NCBI GenBank assembly: GCA_963744995.1
Contig: CAVUWA010000005.1
Location: forward strand, 352,001-416,000
DNA length: 64,000 nucleotides
Direction: 5' to 3'
DNA from: Candidatus Eiseniibacteriota bacterium
GTDB lineage: Bacteria; Eisenbacteria; RBG-16-71-46
Shown piece after piece: positions 1-8,654 of this stretch. The notes under the pieces are model-generated. The model searched no databases. It was not told the DNA's origin and worked only from the letters and a program-made list of their open reading frames with translations. Each line of letters opens with the position of its first letter. Position 1 is the stretch's first letter. The position numbers and the translations under genes were made by a program.

Positions 1-182
1 CGGGACGGAAGGCGCTACCCCTTCCGTCCCGGTACGATCGGGTTGCAACCATTCCGGATCCGGTGCAGTCTCCCTTTGCTCGTCAGTCCCGTACGGAGCC
101 GGCCCTCCACCTCGCTCGACCTCCTCGCCGTGCTCGGGCTTCCGTGCCGCACCACGTTCGGCCTCACCGAGGGAGGTTGCCC

Positions 183-1646
183 ATGCGTTCCGTCCGTCGC
201 GTCTCGCTCGCGGCGCTGCTCGCTCTCGTCACCTGTGCCCCGCTCGCCGTAGCGGCGCCCGAAGCGCCCTATGGCTATCTGACCGCGGTCGGCGGTTATA
301 CCCTGTTCGATCATGACCTCCTCTACCCCACCGCCAAGCTGAAGGACACCTTCTACGCCGGCGGGCGACTGGGCTGGGCGCTCTCGCCACTGCTCGGCAT
401 CGAGGCAGCGGGCGGCTGGTCACCGGCGCAGGAAGACATCGACAACGGCTCCGACGTCACGTTCTGGCACGCCTCGGGCAACATCATGATCACGCCCTAT
501 CGCTGGAGCTTCGGCGGGCCGTTCGTGTCGGTGGGCGGCGGCTACGTCGCGCGCAACAGCAGCGACGCGCCGGACGACATCCACTTCGGCACCCTGGACG
601 CCGCCGGTGGCTGGCTCGCCTGGTTCGGCGACAACTTCGGCGTCCGCCTCGAGGCGCGCAACATTCTGAGCATCCCGCACGACAACTGGCAGGGCGCGAA
701 CAAGAACGACGCGGTGTTCTCGGGCGGCTTGACCTGGGCGTTCGGCGGCACGCCGCGCGACGAAGACATGGACGGCGTTGCGGACCGCAAGGACCAGTGT
801 CCCAACACCCCCGCGGGCGCCACGGTCGACGCCAAGGGCTGCCCGCTCGACTCGGACGGTGACGGCGTGTTCGACGGGCTCGACCAGTGCGCCGACACGC
901 CCGCCGGCGCCAAGGTCGACGCGAAGGGCTGCCCGACCGACGGCGACGGCGACGGTGTCTTCGACGGCCTCGACCAGTGCGCCGACACGCCCGCCGGCGC
1001 CAAGGTCGATGCGAAGGGCTGCCCGACCGACGGCGACGGCGACGGTGTCTTCGACGGCCTCGACAAGTGCCCGGACACGCCGGCCGGCGCCAAGGTCGAC
1101 GCCAGCGGCTGCCCGCTCGACAGCGACGGCGACGGCATCTACGACGGAATCGACAAGTGCCCCGGCACCGGTCCCGGGCTCAAGGTGGACAAGGACGGCT
1201 GCCCGATCGAGGTGACCGAGAAGGAGACCGAGCTGCTCGACACCGGCATGATCCGGCTCGGCAACATCAACTTCGAGACCGGCAAGGCCGACATCAATCC
1301 GGACTCCTACGCGACGCTCGACATCGTCGGCCAGCTGCTGAGCAAGTGGCCGCAGCTCAAGATCGAGATCGGCGGGCACACGGATTCGCGCGGCAGCGCC
1401 AAGTTCAACCAGAAGCTGTCGCAGGACCGCGCACAGTCGGTGCTCGATTATCTGCTGCAGAAGTTCCCGGGCCTCGACAAGTCGCAGTACACGGTGAAGG
1501 GCTACGGGGAGAGCGCGCCGATGGTGCCGAACGACAGCGCGCTCAACATGGCGAAGAACCGGCGCGTCGAGTTCAAGGTGTTGAACAAGGACGTGCTCAA
1601 GAAGGAAGTCGAGAAGCGCCGGCTGCTCAAGGAAGGCGACAAGTAG
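183..1646 (+). CDS. OmpA-family outer membrane protein with thrombospondin type-3-like Ca-binding repeats
   Basis: GGGAGGT RBS before ATG183; signal peptide; beta-barrel-like N-region; DxDGDGVxDxxDxC repeats; C-terminal OmpA motifs GHTD and NRRVEF. Confidence 0.93.
   Translation: MRSVRRVSLAALLALVTCAPLAVAAPEAPYGYLTAVGGYTLFDHDLLYPTAKLKDTFYAGGRLGWALSPLLGIEAAGGWSPAQEDIDNGSDVTFWHASGNIMITPYRWSFGGPFVSVGGGYVARNSSDAPDDIHFGTLDAAGGWLAWFGDNFGVRLEARNILSIPHDNWQGANKNDAVFSGGLTWAFGGTPRDEDMDGVADRKDQCPNTPAGATVDAKGCPLDSDGDGVFDGLDQCADTPAGAKVDAKGCPTDGDGDGVFDGLDQCADTPAGAKVDAKGCPTDGDGDGVFDGLDKCPDTPAGAKVDASGCPLDSDGDGIYDGIDKCPGTGPGLKVDKDGCPIEVTEKETELLDTGMIRLGNINFETGKADINPDSYATLDIVGQLLSKWPQLKIEIGGHTDSRGSAKFNQKLSQDRAQSVLDYLLQKFPGLDKSQYTVKGYGESAPMVPNDSALNMAKNRRVEFKVLNKDVLKKEVEKRRLLKEGDK
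760..1205 (+). repeat. Five ~90-bp (30-aa) intragenic tandem repeats
   Basis: DGDGDGVFDGLDQCADTPAGAKVDAKGCPT units; near-identical DNA starting at 939 and 1029. Confidence 0.9.
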
Positions 1647-1682
1647 CGGCAGAGCGGCCGCGCGCCGCGACGGCCTGACGTC

Positions 1683-1717
1683 CGCGACGCCGGGGGGGCA
1701 ACCTCCCGGCGTCGTGG
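1683..1717. terminator. GC-rich hairpin between convergent ompA-like and tetR genes
   Basis: cgcgacgccgggggg-gcaa-cctcccggcgtcgtg stem with a GNRA loop; no U-tract. Confidence 0.55.
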
Positions 1718-1787
1718 CGTCGTGGGGCAATCGGGGCGAGGCGTCGCGCGGCACCGCCGGCCACGCCCCGCTCCGGAATGGGACGGG

Positions 1788-2399
1788 TCAGGCTCCTGCG
1801 CTTGGATCGTCGAGCGCCGCCTTCAGCAGGCTGCGTGCGGACCACCGCATCACTTCCACCGCGCGCTTCCTCGAGATCCCGGCCAGATCCGTCAGCGTGA
1901 CGAGCGCCTCGATACCGACCGCGGCCGCCACCGCGTGCACCAGACGCTCGAATGCGGCGCGTTTCATGTCACCGCGCACCGGCTCCAGGGCTTCCGTGAT
2001 CCAGATGAAGCGGCGGCCTTTCCGCAGCGCGAGCTCGCGGCGTCCGTCGGCATCGCTCGACAGCGAGAGTCGCAGCATGGCGCGATAGCTCGCCTCGGCC
2101 GCCAGGAACATCCCGGCCAGCCGGGTGACGACGGTGTCGAGTCGCGCCTCCACGTCGACCGGCGGTGCCGCACCCAGCAGAGAGACGGCCTCGACCTCGG
2201 GATGCGCCGCGACGATCAGCGCGTCCTGGTTCGGGAAGTAGCGGTAGGCGGTGGCGCGCGAGATCGACGCCTCCGCCGCGGCGTCCTCGACGTTGGGGGT
2301 CACGCCCCGCTCGAGCAGGCGGCGTGCCGCCCTGATCAACGCGGTGCGCGTGCGAGCTTTCTGATGGCGGCGTCCACTGGCTTCATATGAGATTGACAT
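1788..2399 (-). CDS. TetR/AcrR family transcriptional regulator
   Basis: N-terminal HTH 'VEDAAAEASISRATAYRYF'; start 2399 chosen from a TATCAT hexamer 7 nt upstream (2408 is an alternative). Confidence 0.92.
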   Translation of the reverse strand: MSISYEASGRRHQKARTRTALIRAARRLLERGVTPNVEDAAAEASISRATAYRYFPNQDALIVAAHPEVEAVSLLGAAPPVDVEARLDTVVTRLAGMFLAAEASYRAMLRLSLSSDADGRRELALRKGRRFIWITEALEPVRGDMKRAAFERLVHAVAAAVGIEALVTLTDLAGISRKRAVEVMRWSARSLLKAALDDPSAGA

Positions 2400-2424
2400 G
2401 CTCATCATGATACACTAGTCTCAT
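2387..2424. promoter_or_regulatory. Overlapping divergent promoters and probable TetR operators
   Basis: + strand TTGACA(2393-2398)-17 bp-TAGTCT(2416-2421); two imperfect inverted repeats ATGAG..CTCAT and ATGATAC-ACTA-GTCTCAT. Confidence 0.7.
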
Positions 2425-2490
2425 GTTTTGGCAAGCCGATTCGTCACGTCCGTCCCCTCCCCGGCGGGCCAACCATGGAGAACGGAAGCC

Positions 2491-3921
2491 ATGAAGAACG
2501 TACCAACGCCGCATCTCGACGAAGCCCCGCGCGTGCTCGAGGCGGAGGACACCGAGCCGCTTCGGGCCGCGTTCGGCCCCCAACTGGTCCTGCCCGGTGA
2601 CGCGCAGTACGAGACCGCCCGACGGGTATGGAACGGCATGATCGACCGGCGACCCGCCGCCGTCTGCCGCTGCCGCGGCGCGGCCGACGTGGCCGCGGCG
2701 ATCCGCTTCGCGCGCGATCGCGGCCTGCCGCTCTCGGTGCGGGGGGGCGGGCACAACGTTGCCGGCTTCGGAACCTGCGACGGCGGCGTGGTCATCGATC
2801 TCTCCCCCCTGCGCGGCGTACGCGTCGACCCGGACACACACACCGTGCGGGTCGGCGGAGGCGCGACCTGGGCCGATGTGGATCGTGAGACGCAGATGTA
2901 CGCACGCGCGGTCCCGGGCGGCATCGTGTCCACCACCGGCGTTGCCGGGCTGACGCTCGGCGGCGGACAGGGTTGGCTGCGCCGCACGTTCGGAATGGCC
3001 TGCGACAGTCTGCTCTCCGCCGATCTCGTCACGGCCGGAGGTGAGGCGATCACCGCCAGCGAGGAGCGGCGGCCTGAGCTGTTCTGGGCGTTGCGGGGCG
3101 GCGGCGGCAATTTCGGCGTCGTGACGTCGTTCGAGTTCCGCACCCACCCCGTCGGGCCGATGGTCGCCTTCGCGGGCCCCGTGTACCCGCTCGAGAGCGC
3201 CGCCGGGGTCATGGAGGCCGTGCGGGATTTCGCGGCCGGCGCGCCCGACGCGGTGAATGTCTCGGCGACCTGGTGGACGATCCCGGCCGTGCCGGGGTTC
3301 CCCGAAGCGCTGCACGGCAGACCCGTGATCATCGTCGGCGCGGCCTTCAGCGGTGCACCGGAACAGGGTGAGCGCATCCTCGAACCGCTGCGCCACATCG
3401 AGCCGCCGCTGCTGGATCTGTCGGGGACGCTTCCCTACGTGGGGCTGCAGAGCATGTTCGATCCGTTCTTTCCCGCCGTCGAGTGCCTTTACTACTGGAA
3501 ATCGATCTACCTGGCGGCGCTCGACGCCGGCGCGGTGAAGACCATTGCCGCGCACGTGGCTTCGCGTCCGTCCTCCAGGTCCATGGTGGGTCTCTGGGCC
3601 CTGGGCGGCGCGCTGGGACGGGTCCCCGCCGGCGCCACGGCGACCGGAGATCGCAGCGCCCCCTATCTGCTCGAGATCCTCGCCAACTGGACGGAGCCCG
3701 CCGCTTCGGACGCCAACGTGGCATGGGCGCGGGGGCTGTTCGACGCCATGCAGCCGTTCGGCACCGGCAAGACGAACTTCAACTTCCCGGGGTTCGGAGA
3801 CGAGCCCCACTTCGTGCGCGCCGCGTTCGGATCCGACTGGACCAGGCTGCGGGAGGTGAAGAAGCGGTACGATCCGGACAATGTCTTCCGGTTGAATCAG
3901 AACGTTCCGCCGGCGCGGTGA
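2491..3921 (+). CDS. FAD-binding oxidoreductase (berberine bridge enzyme-like)
   Basis: RGGGHN FAD attachment motif, LFWALRGGGGNFGVVT, C-terminal 'KKRYDPDNVFRLNQN'. Confidence 0.93.
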   Translation: MKNVPTPHLDEAPRVLEAEDTEPLRAAFGPQLVLPGDAQYETARRVWNGMIDRRPAAVCRCRGAADVAAAIRFARDRGLPLSVRGGGHNVAGFGTCDGGVVIDLSPLRGVRVDPDTHTVRVGGGATWADVDRETQMYARAVPGGIVSTTGVAGLTLGGGQGWLRRTFGMACDSLLSADLVTAGGEAITASEERRPELFWALRGGGGNFGVVTSFEFRTHPVGPMVAFAGPVYPLESAAGVMEAVRDFAAGAPDAVNVSATWWTIPAVPGFPEALHGRPVIIVGAAFSGAPEQGERILEPLRHIEPPLLDLSGTLPYVGLQSMFDPFFPAVECLYYWKSIYLAALDAGAVKTIAAHVASRPSSRSMVGLWALGGALGRVPAGATATGDRSAPYLLEILANWTEPAASDANVAWARGLFDAMQPFGTGKTNFNFPGFGDEPHFVRAAFGSDWTRLREVKKRYDPDNVFRLNQNVPPAR

Positions 3922-4119
3922 GCGCGAGGCTGCCGGCCGTCTCGTAACCTCGATGATAGAGCTTCTCGAGCTCACCCCGGGTGGTCGCCTGCGCGAGCCT
4001 CGCGATCAGCGTGCTGTGCGTGCGCCCAAGCGGGCAAGGGAAAACCGCCTTGTTCGCCGCACGCGCCCTGCTAGACTGCCGGCGCAACGTCCCCGCGTTC
4101 GCCCCCGCTCGAGGTTCCG

Positions 4120-4815
4120 ATGCCGCGTTCCGCCACGGGCCACTTCACGCCCGATCTGTTCCGCTTCCTCACCCGCCTCAAGCGCAACAACCGCCGCGAC
4201 TGGTTCGAAACCCACAAGGCCGAGTACCTGGAGCACGTCCGCGATCCGATGCTCGCTTTCATTGCCGACTTCGCCCCACGCCTCGCGCGCATCAGCCCGC
4301 ACTTCGTGGCGGATCCGTCGCCGGTCGGCGGTTCGATGTTCCGGATCTACCGCGACGTCCGCTTCTCGAAGGACAAGCGCCCCTACAAGACCGCCGCGAC
4401 CGCTCGGTTCCAGCACGAGCGCGGCCGCGACGTGCATACGCCGGGCTGGTACCTGCATCTCGAGCCCGGTGCGGTGTACGTGGGCAGCGGCATCTGGCAC
4501 CCGGACGGCCCGGCCCTCACGCGCATCCGCCAGGCGATCGTGGCCGACACGGCCGCGTGGAAGAAGGTGCGCACCCATCGCACGCTGCGCACCGTGCACG
4601 AGTTCTCGGGCGAATCGCTCAGGCGGCCACCGCGCGGCTTCGACCCCGCGCATCCCTTCGTCGAGGACCTGATGCGCAAGGACATCGTCACGTTCGCGAC
4701 GCTGAACGAGAAGGCCGCGTGTGCTCCCGATTTCGTCGGCCGATTCGCGGAACTGTGCCGCGGCAGCGCGCCGCTGGTGCGGTTCCTGTGCGGAGCGCTC
4801 GAGGTGCCGTTCTGA
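4120..4815 (+). CDS. DUF2461 (TIGR02453-like) protein
   Basis: NNRRDWF and FRIYRDVRFSKDKRPYK motifs; GAGGT RBS. Confidence 0.9.
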   Translation: MPRSATGHFTPDLFRFLTRLKRNNRRDWFETHKAEYLEHVRDPMLAFIADFAPRLARISPHFVADPSPVGGSMFRIYRDVRFSKDKRPYKTAATARFQHERGRDVHTPGWYLHLEPGAVYVGSGIWHPDGPALTRIRQAIVADTAAWKKVRTHRTLRTVHEFSGESLRRPPRGFDPAHPFVEDLMRKDIVTFATLNEKAACAPDFVGRFAELCRGSAPLVRFLCGALEVPF

Positions 4816-4876
4816 GCTGAAGTGCAGGGCCGCCGTGACGGGTCCGGCATGAAGTCAGCGGGCGCCCGACCGCTGC

Positions 4877-5032
4877 TCAATGGTCGTGCTTCTGCTTCTC
4901 GATCGCCCGCTCCTCCTTCTTCAGCAGCTGGCCGACGAAGAAGAACAGGCCGGCGATCATGACCACCCAGAAGATGCCGTAGATCGAAAACGCCGTCTTG
5001 AGAATGGCGCCGAGGTTGTGCTCCATCAGCAT
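4877..5032 (-). CDS. 51-aa single-TM small protein (missing from the ORF track)
   Basis: GGAGGAG RBS; MLMEHNLGAILKTAFSIYGIFWVVMIAGLFFFVGQLLKKEERAIEKQKHDH*; GC3-rich codons. Confidence 0.8.
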   Translation of the reverse strand: MLMEHNLGAILKTAFSIYGIFWVVMIAGLFFFVGQLLKKEERAIEKQKHDH

Positions 5033-5123
5033 GTGCGGATCTCCTCCGGTCGAAACGTTCGTGCGCCGCTGGCGCGTGCCGGGGCAGTCTAGCGGGCCGG
5101 CATGCGTCGTGCCAGCCGCGCGG

Positions 5124-5960
5124 TCACAGCGGGCGTCGCCGGAACCCGACGAGCGCGAGCAGCAGCACGACCAGCAGGTAGCCGACGGTCCAGACCACCA
5201 TGGCCGGCGTCGGCACCGAGGCCGGCGAGAACGGCGTGAGCGCCAGTTCGCGCATGATGCCGGGCTGCATGTGCCAGGCGGCGAACTGCCACATGGACTC
5301 GCTGGGCATGATGAGGCTGGCGATGACGCCGACCGTGCGCGCCGCGTCGTTGCCGGCCCGAGCGCCGATCTGCTCGACCCAGCCGCCGATGAACGCGAGT
5401 CCGAACAGGCCGAACACGACGACGCCGTTGGTGACGGTGCTCAGCCAGGTCCCGCCCGCGACCGAGAGCGTCATCAGCAGCAGCCCCTCGAGCAGCATGA
5501 GCGAGAAGCCGGCGGCGAGCCCGGTCGGGGTGACGCCGGCGATCCAGCGCCCGATCAGGACCACTCCGCCCGCCATCAGGGCGAGGTAGCCGGCGACGAT
5601 CAGCGCGAAGGCGAGCCACTTGCCGAGCACGATCTCCGACCGCCGCACCGGCTTCGAGGCCACCGTCTGCATCACTCCCGAGGCGATCTCGCCCGAGATC
5701 GAGTCCACGGGCACCAGCACCGCGGTCATGATCATGAGGAAGTTCACGGCATAGAGGCCGGCCATCACGAAGAACGCCAGCAGCATCCGCTGGCGCAGCA
5801 GCGAGGCCGGCCCGTGCGACGCCACCTCGCGATGGACGAAATGCATGCCGAGCGCGAACAGGGCGAGCCCGACCACCCCGAAGATCGCGGTGGCAAGCAG
5901 GACCCGGCGCCGGGCCGCTTCGTGCAGCGTGATCCGCGCGACCGTGAACAGTGCGCTCAT
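5124..5960 (-). CDS. ABC-2 type transporter permease
   Basis: Multiple TM helices; 'SGEIASGVMQTVASKPVRRSEIVLGKW'; ATGA overlap with the ATPase. Confidence 0.9.
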   Translation of the reverse strand: MSALFTVARITLHEAARRRVLLATAIFGVVGLALFALGMHFVHREVASHGPASLLRQRMLLAFFVMAGLYAVNFLMIMTAVLVPVDSISGEIASGVMQTVASKPVRRSEIVLGKWLAFALIVAGYLALMAGGVVLIGRWIAGVTPTGLAAGFSLMLLEGLLLMTLSVAGGTWLSTVTNGVVVFGLFGLAFIGGWVEQIGARAGNDAARTVGVIASLIMPSESMWQFAAWHMQPGIMRELALTPFSPASVPTPAMVVWTVGYLLVVLLLALVGFRRRPL

Positions 5961-6874
5961 CCGGGCCTCTGATCGTCGCCCATGACGCGCACGAACAGTT
6001 CCTCGAGCGAGGGCCGCGACGCTTCGAGCCGGTACAGGTCGGCGCCGTGGCCGATCAGCCAGCGCGAGAGGTCGGGCAGCGCCGCTTCCGACCTCGCACG
6101 CAGCACGACCAGGCGGCCGTTGACCGACAGCGTCTCGCCGAAGCGCGCGAGCCCTTCGAGCAGTGCCGCGTCGGTCGCGCCGAGCTCGAGCCGCACGACG
6201 AGGTCCGTGGCGGCGGCGGTGAGCGCCAGCTCGTGGACGGTGCGTCCGTGCTTGACGAACGCGACCCGGTCACAGGTCGCTTCGACCTCGCCCAGCAGGT
6301 GCGAGTTCAGGAACACGGCGGTGCCCGCGGCGCGCAGCTCGCGGATCAGGTCGCGCACCAGCAGGCGACCGAGCGGGTCGAGTCCCGAGGTCGGCTCGTC
6401 GAGAAACACCAGCGCCGGCTCGTTGAGCAGCGCCTGCGCGAGACCCACGCGCTGCAGCATGCCCTTGCTGTAGTTCCTGAGCTTCTCGTGCCCTGCGTCG
6501 AGCAGGTCGACGCGAGCGAGCAGCGCCTCGATGCGCGCCTCGAGCCGCGCGCCGCGCATCCCGTAGAGTCGACCGTGGAAGCGCAGCATCTCGCGGCCGC
6601 TGAGCCAGTCCTGGAAGCGGAAGTGCTCGGGCAGGAAGCCGATCCGCGCGCGGGCGCGGCGGTCGCCAAGCGGCGCCCCGAGCAGCGTTGCGGTCCCGGA
6701 GGTCGGCCGGATCAGGCCGAGCATCATTTTGAGCGAAGTCGTCTTCCCCGCTCCGTTCGGACCGAGGAAGCCGAATACCTCTCCGGGCTGAACCTCCAGG
6801 GAGAGCTCGGCGACCGCGACCTTGCGGCCGAATTCCTTGCGCAGCTTCCGTGCCGCGATGACGGGTGCGGCCAG
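5957..6874 (-). CDS. ABC transporter ATP-binding protein (probable CTG start)
   Basis: Walker A GPNGAGKT lies upstream of the first in-frame ATG (6727); YSKGM signature; Walker B FLDEP; GGAGG 5 nt before CTG6874. Confidence 0.9.
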   Translation of the reverse strand: MAAPVIAARKLRKEFGRKVAVAELSLEVQPGEVFGFLGPNGAGKTTSLKMMLGLIRPTSGTATLLGAPLGDRRARARIGFLPEHFRFQDWLSGREMLRFHGRLYGMRGARLEARIEALLARVDLLDAGHEKLRNYSKGMLQRVGLAQALLNEPALVFLDEPTSGLDPLGRLLVRDLIRELRAAGTAVFLNSHLLGEVEATCDRVAFVKHGRTVHELALTAAATDLVVRLELGATDAALLEGLARFGETLSVNGRLVVLRARSEAALPDLSRWLIGHGADLYRLEASRPSLEELFVRVMGDDQRPG

Positions 6875-6903
6875 GGTCTCCTCCGGCGGTCTGGCGGCTC
6901 GCT

Positions 6904-7881
6904 TCAGCGCACCGACTGGGCCATCTCCAGCAGGTCGGCCTCGTTCAGGTTGCCGGCCAGCGCATATACCTTACCGCCAACGGCCCACATCAGCGCATTG
7001 CCGCCGCGGCGCCCTGCGGGAATGTCCTCGTTGCCGTGATCGGCGTGGATCAGCAGCGCCTGCGTGCCGTGCACCGTGACGTTGCGGAACGAGCTCACGC
7101 TGGTCGGCACCGGCACCAGCAGCGTGGTATGCCAGTCGATCGAGTGTGCGAGGCGCTGCGCCTCCGCCGGGGACAGCCCGGCGATGCGCAGCGCGATGCG
7201 GCCCAGGTCTTCGAGGTCCATGGCCGGCGGCAGGCGCACGTCCGGGCTCATCGACTGCATGAAGCGCACCTTGCGCCCCTCCTTCGCATAGAGCATCTGC
7301 ACCGCGGGCGCCATGCGCAGCTGGACCTGCGCGCCGTCGAGATTCGCCGGCACCTGCACGTCGTGGATGTCCAGCAGGCGCAGGATCTCCTCGAGGATCG
7401 AGGCGTCCGCCGTGAGTCGCGCCAGGCTCGCGCCGCTCACCGAGATCGCACCCGGCTCGAGGCCGGCGGGCAGGCGGGCGGGTTCGGCAACTGCGAATCC
7501 GGCCAGCCGCGCGGCCTCGGCGGCGTTCGCGGCGGGTTGCGGCTCGCCCGGCTTCTCGAGCACCTCGATCCGCTTCGCCATCAGTTCGCGCAGGTCGACC
7601 TCGTCGCCGTCGAGCACGCGGAAGCGCTCGGGGTCCACCGCCACCGGCGTGAACGTGCGCACCCGGAAGATGTCGAGGAACGATCCCGCGAACGCACGTA
7701 CCGAGGGGAACGCGAAAGAGCCGCCGATCGCGATCGCGAACGCCGCGGCCACCGCCAGCGGCCGCCAGCGCACGCCGGCGCCGGGCGGCGCCGCCTGCTG
7801 CGCCCTGAGCCGCGCCCTGAGACTCGTCTCGAAACCAGGATCGGGATCCCGGCGCAGGTCGTGCAGGAACCGGTCTTCCAT
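6904..7881 (-). CDS. Putative membrane-anchored anti-sigma factor
   Basis: AAGGGGAG RBS; short N-domain, one TM, extracytoplasmic domain; directly downstream of an ECF sigma. Confidence 0.7.
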   Translation of the reverse strand: MEDRFLHDLRRDPDPGFETSLRARLRAQQAAPPGAGVRWRPLAVAAAFAIAIGGSFAFPSVRAFAGSFLDIFRVRTFTPVAVDPERFRVLDGDEVDLRELMAKRIEVLEKPGEPQPAANAAEAARLAGFAVAEPARLPAGLEPGAISVSGASLARLTADASILEEILRLLDIHDVQVPANLDGAQVQLRMAPAVQMLYAKEGRKVRFMQSMSPDVRLPPAMDLEDLGRIALRIAGLSPAEAQRLAHSIDWHTTLLVPVPTSVSSFRNVTVHGTQALLIHADHGNEDIPAGRRGGNALMWAVGGKVYALAGNLNEADLLEMAQSVR

Positions 7882-7895
7882 GTCGACTCTCCCCT

Positions 7896-8429
7896 TTACC
7901 ATGCGGTTCTCAGCTGTCGGATCGTGCGGTGCAGGATCGTGCCGACGTTGGACTCGGTGAGTCCCGTCAGCTCCGCGATCGCCCGGTTGGTCATGTCGGC
8001 GCCGTACTTGAGCGCAACGATCTCGCGCTCGCGCCCGGGCAGCAGCGCGAGCAGCGCTTCGAGCCGCTCGAAGTCGGAACGCCTGGCCGCCGCGGCCTCG
8101 GGCGTCGCGCCGGGGTCCACGTGCGCCGTCTCGTCGAGCGGCGCCATCTCGCGGCGGCGGCGCCAGTGGTCGACCGCCACGTTGCGGGCGATCGCGTACA
8201 GCCACGTCGTGAACGCGCCGAGGTCGCGCCGGTAGCGGTGGCGGTGGCGCCAGGCCTTCTCGAAGGTGGTGGCCGTCAGATCCTCGGCGTCGGGGCCGTC
8301 GCCGACCCGGTAGCGGAAGTAGTTGTAGATCCGCGGCAGATGGGCGCTGTAGAGCGCGTCCCAGTCGGATTCGCGGGCCGGCAGGACCCACGGCCGCCAG
8401 CGGGCGATCACGGCGGATTGCGTCGTCAT
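7896..8429 (-). CDS. ECF sigma-70 factor
   Basis: 'DAEDLTATTFEKAW', 'FTTWLYAIARN', region-4 HTH. Confidence 0.93.
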   Translation of the reverse strand: MTTQSAVIARWRPWVLPARESDWDALYSAHLPRIYNYFRYRVGDGPDAEDLTATTFEKAWRHRHRYRRDLGAFTTWLYAIARNVAVDHWRRRREMAPLDETAHVDPGATPEAAAARRSDFERLEALLALLPGREREIVALKYGADMTNRAIAELTGLTESNVGTILHRTIRQLRTAW

Positions 8430-8551
8430 GTCGCTCAAGTATACGGGCGGACCGCGCCGCTATCACGAGGCCCCCGGATCGCCCCGCCGTCCCCGGGGGC
8501 GGCGCCGCAGAGCCGCCCGGTGCGGCCCGCGCGGGCCGCGGAGGCGGCGCC

Positions 8552-8622
8552 AACGGCCGGCCGGCGCGGGCAGCGCGAACGGCCGGCCGCGGGGGCAGCG
8601 CGAACGGCCGGCCGGCGGCGGC
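8552..8622. repeat. Three 25-26 bp GC-rich intergenic tandem units
   Basis: aacggccggccg at 8552, 8578 and 8603; each contains the palindrome CGGCCGGCCG. Confidence 0.75.
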
Positions 8623-8654
8623 GGCATCCCGGGCCCCGCTCCACGCCGGTACGG

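Noticed and set aside
8552..8622. Possible CRISPR array
   Set aside because: Contiguous tandem units without unique spacers; no cas genes.
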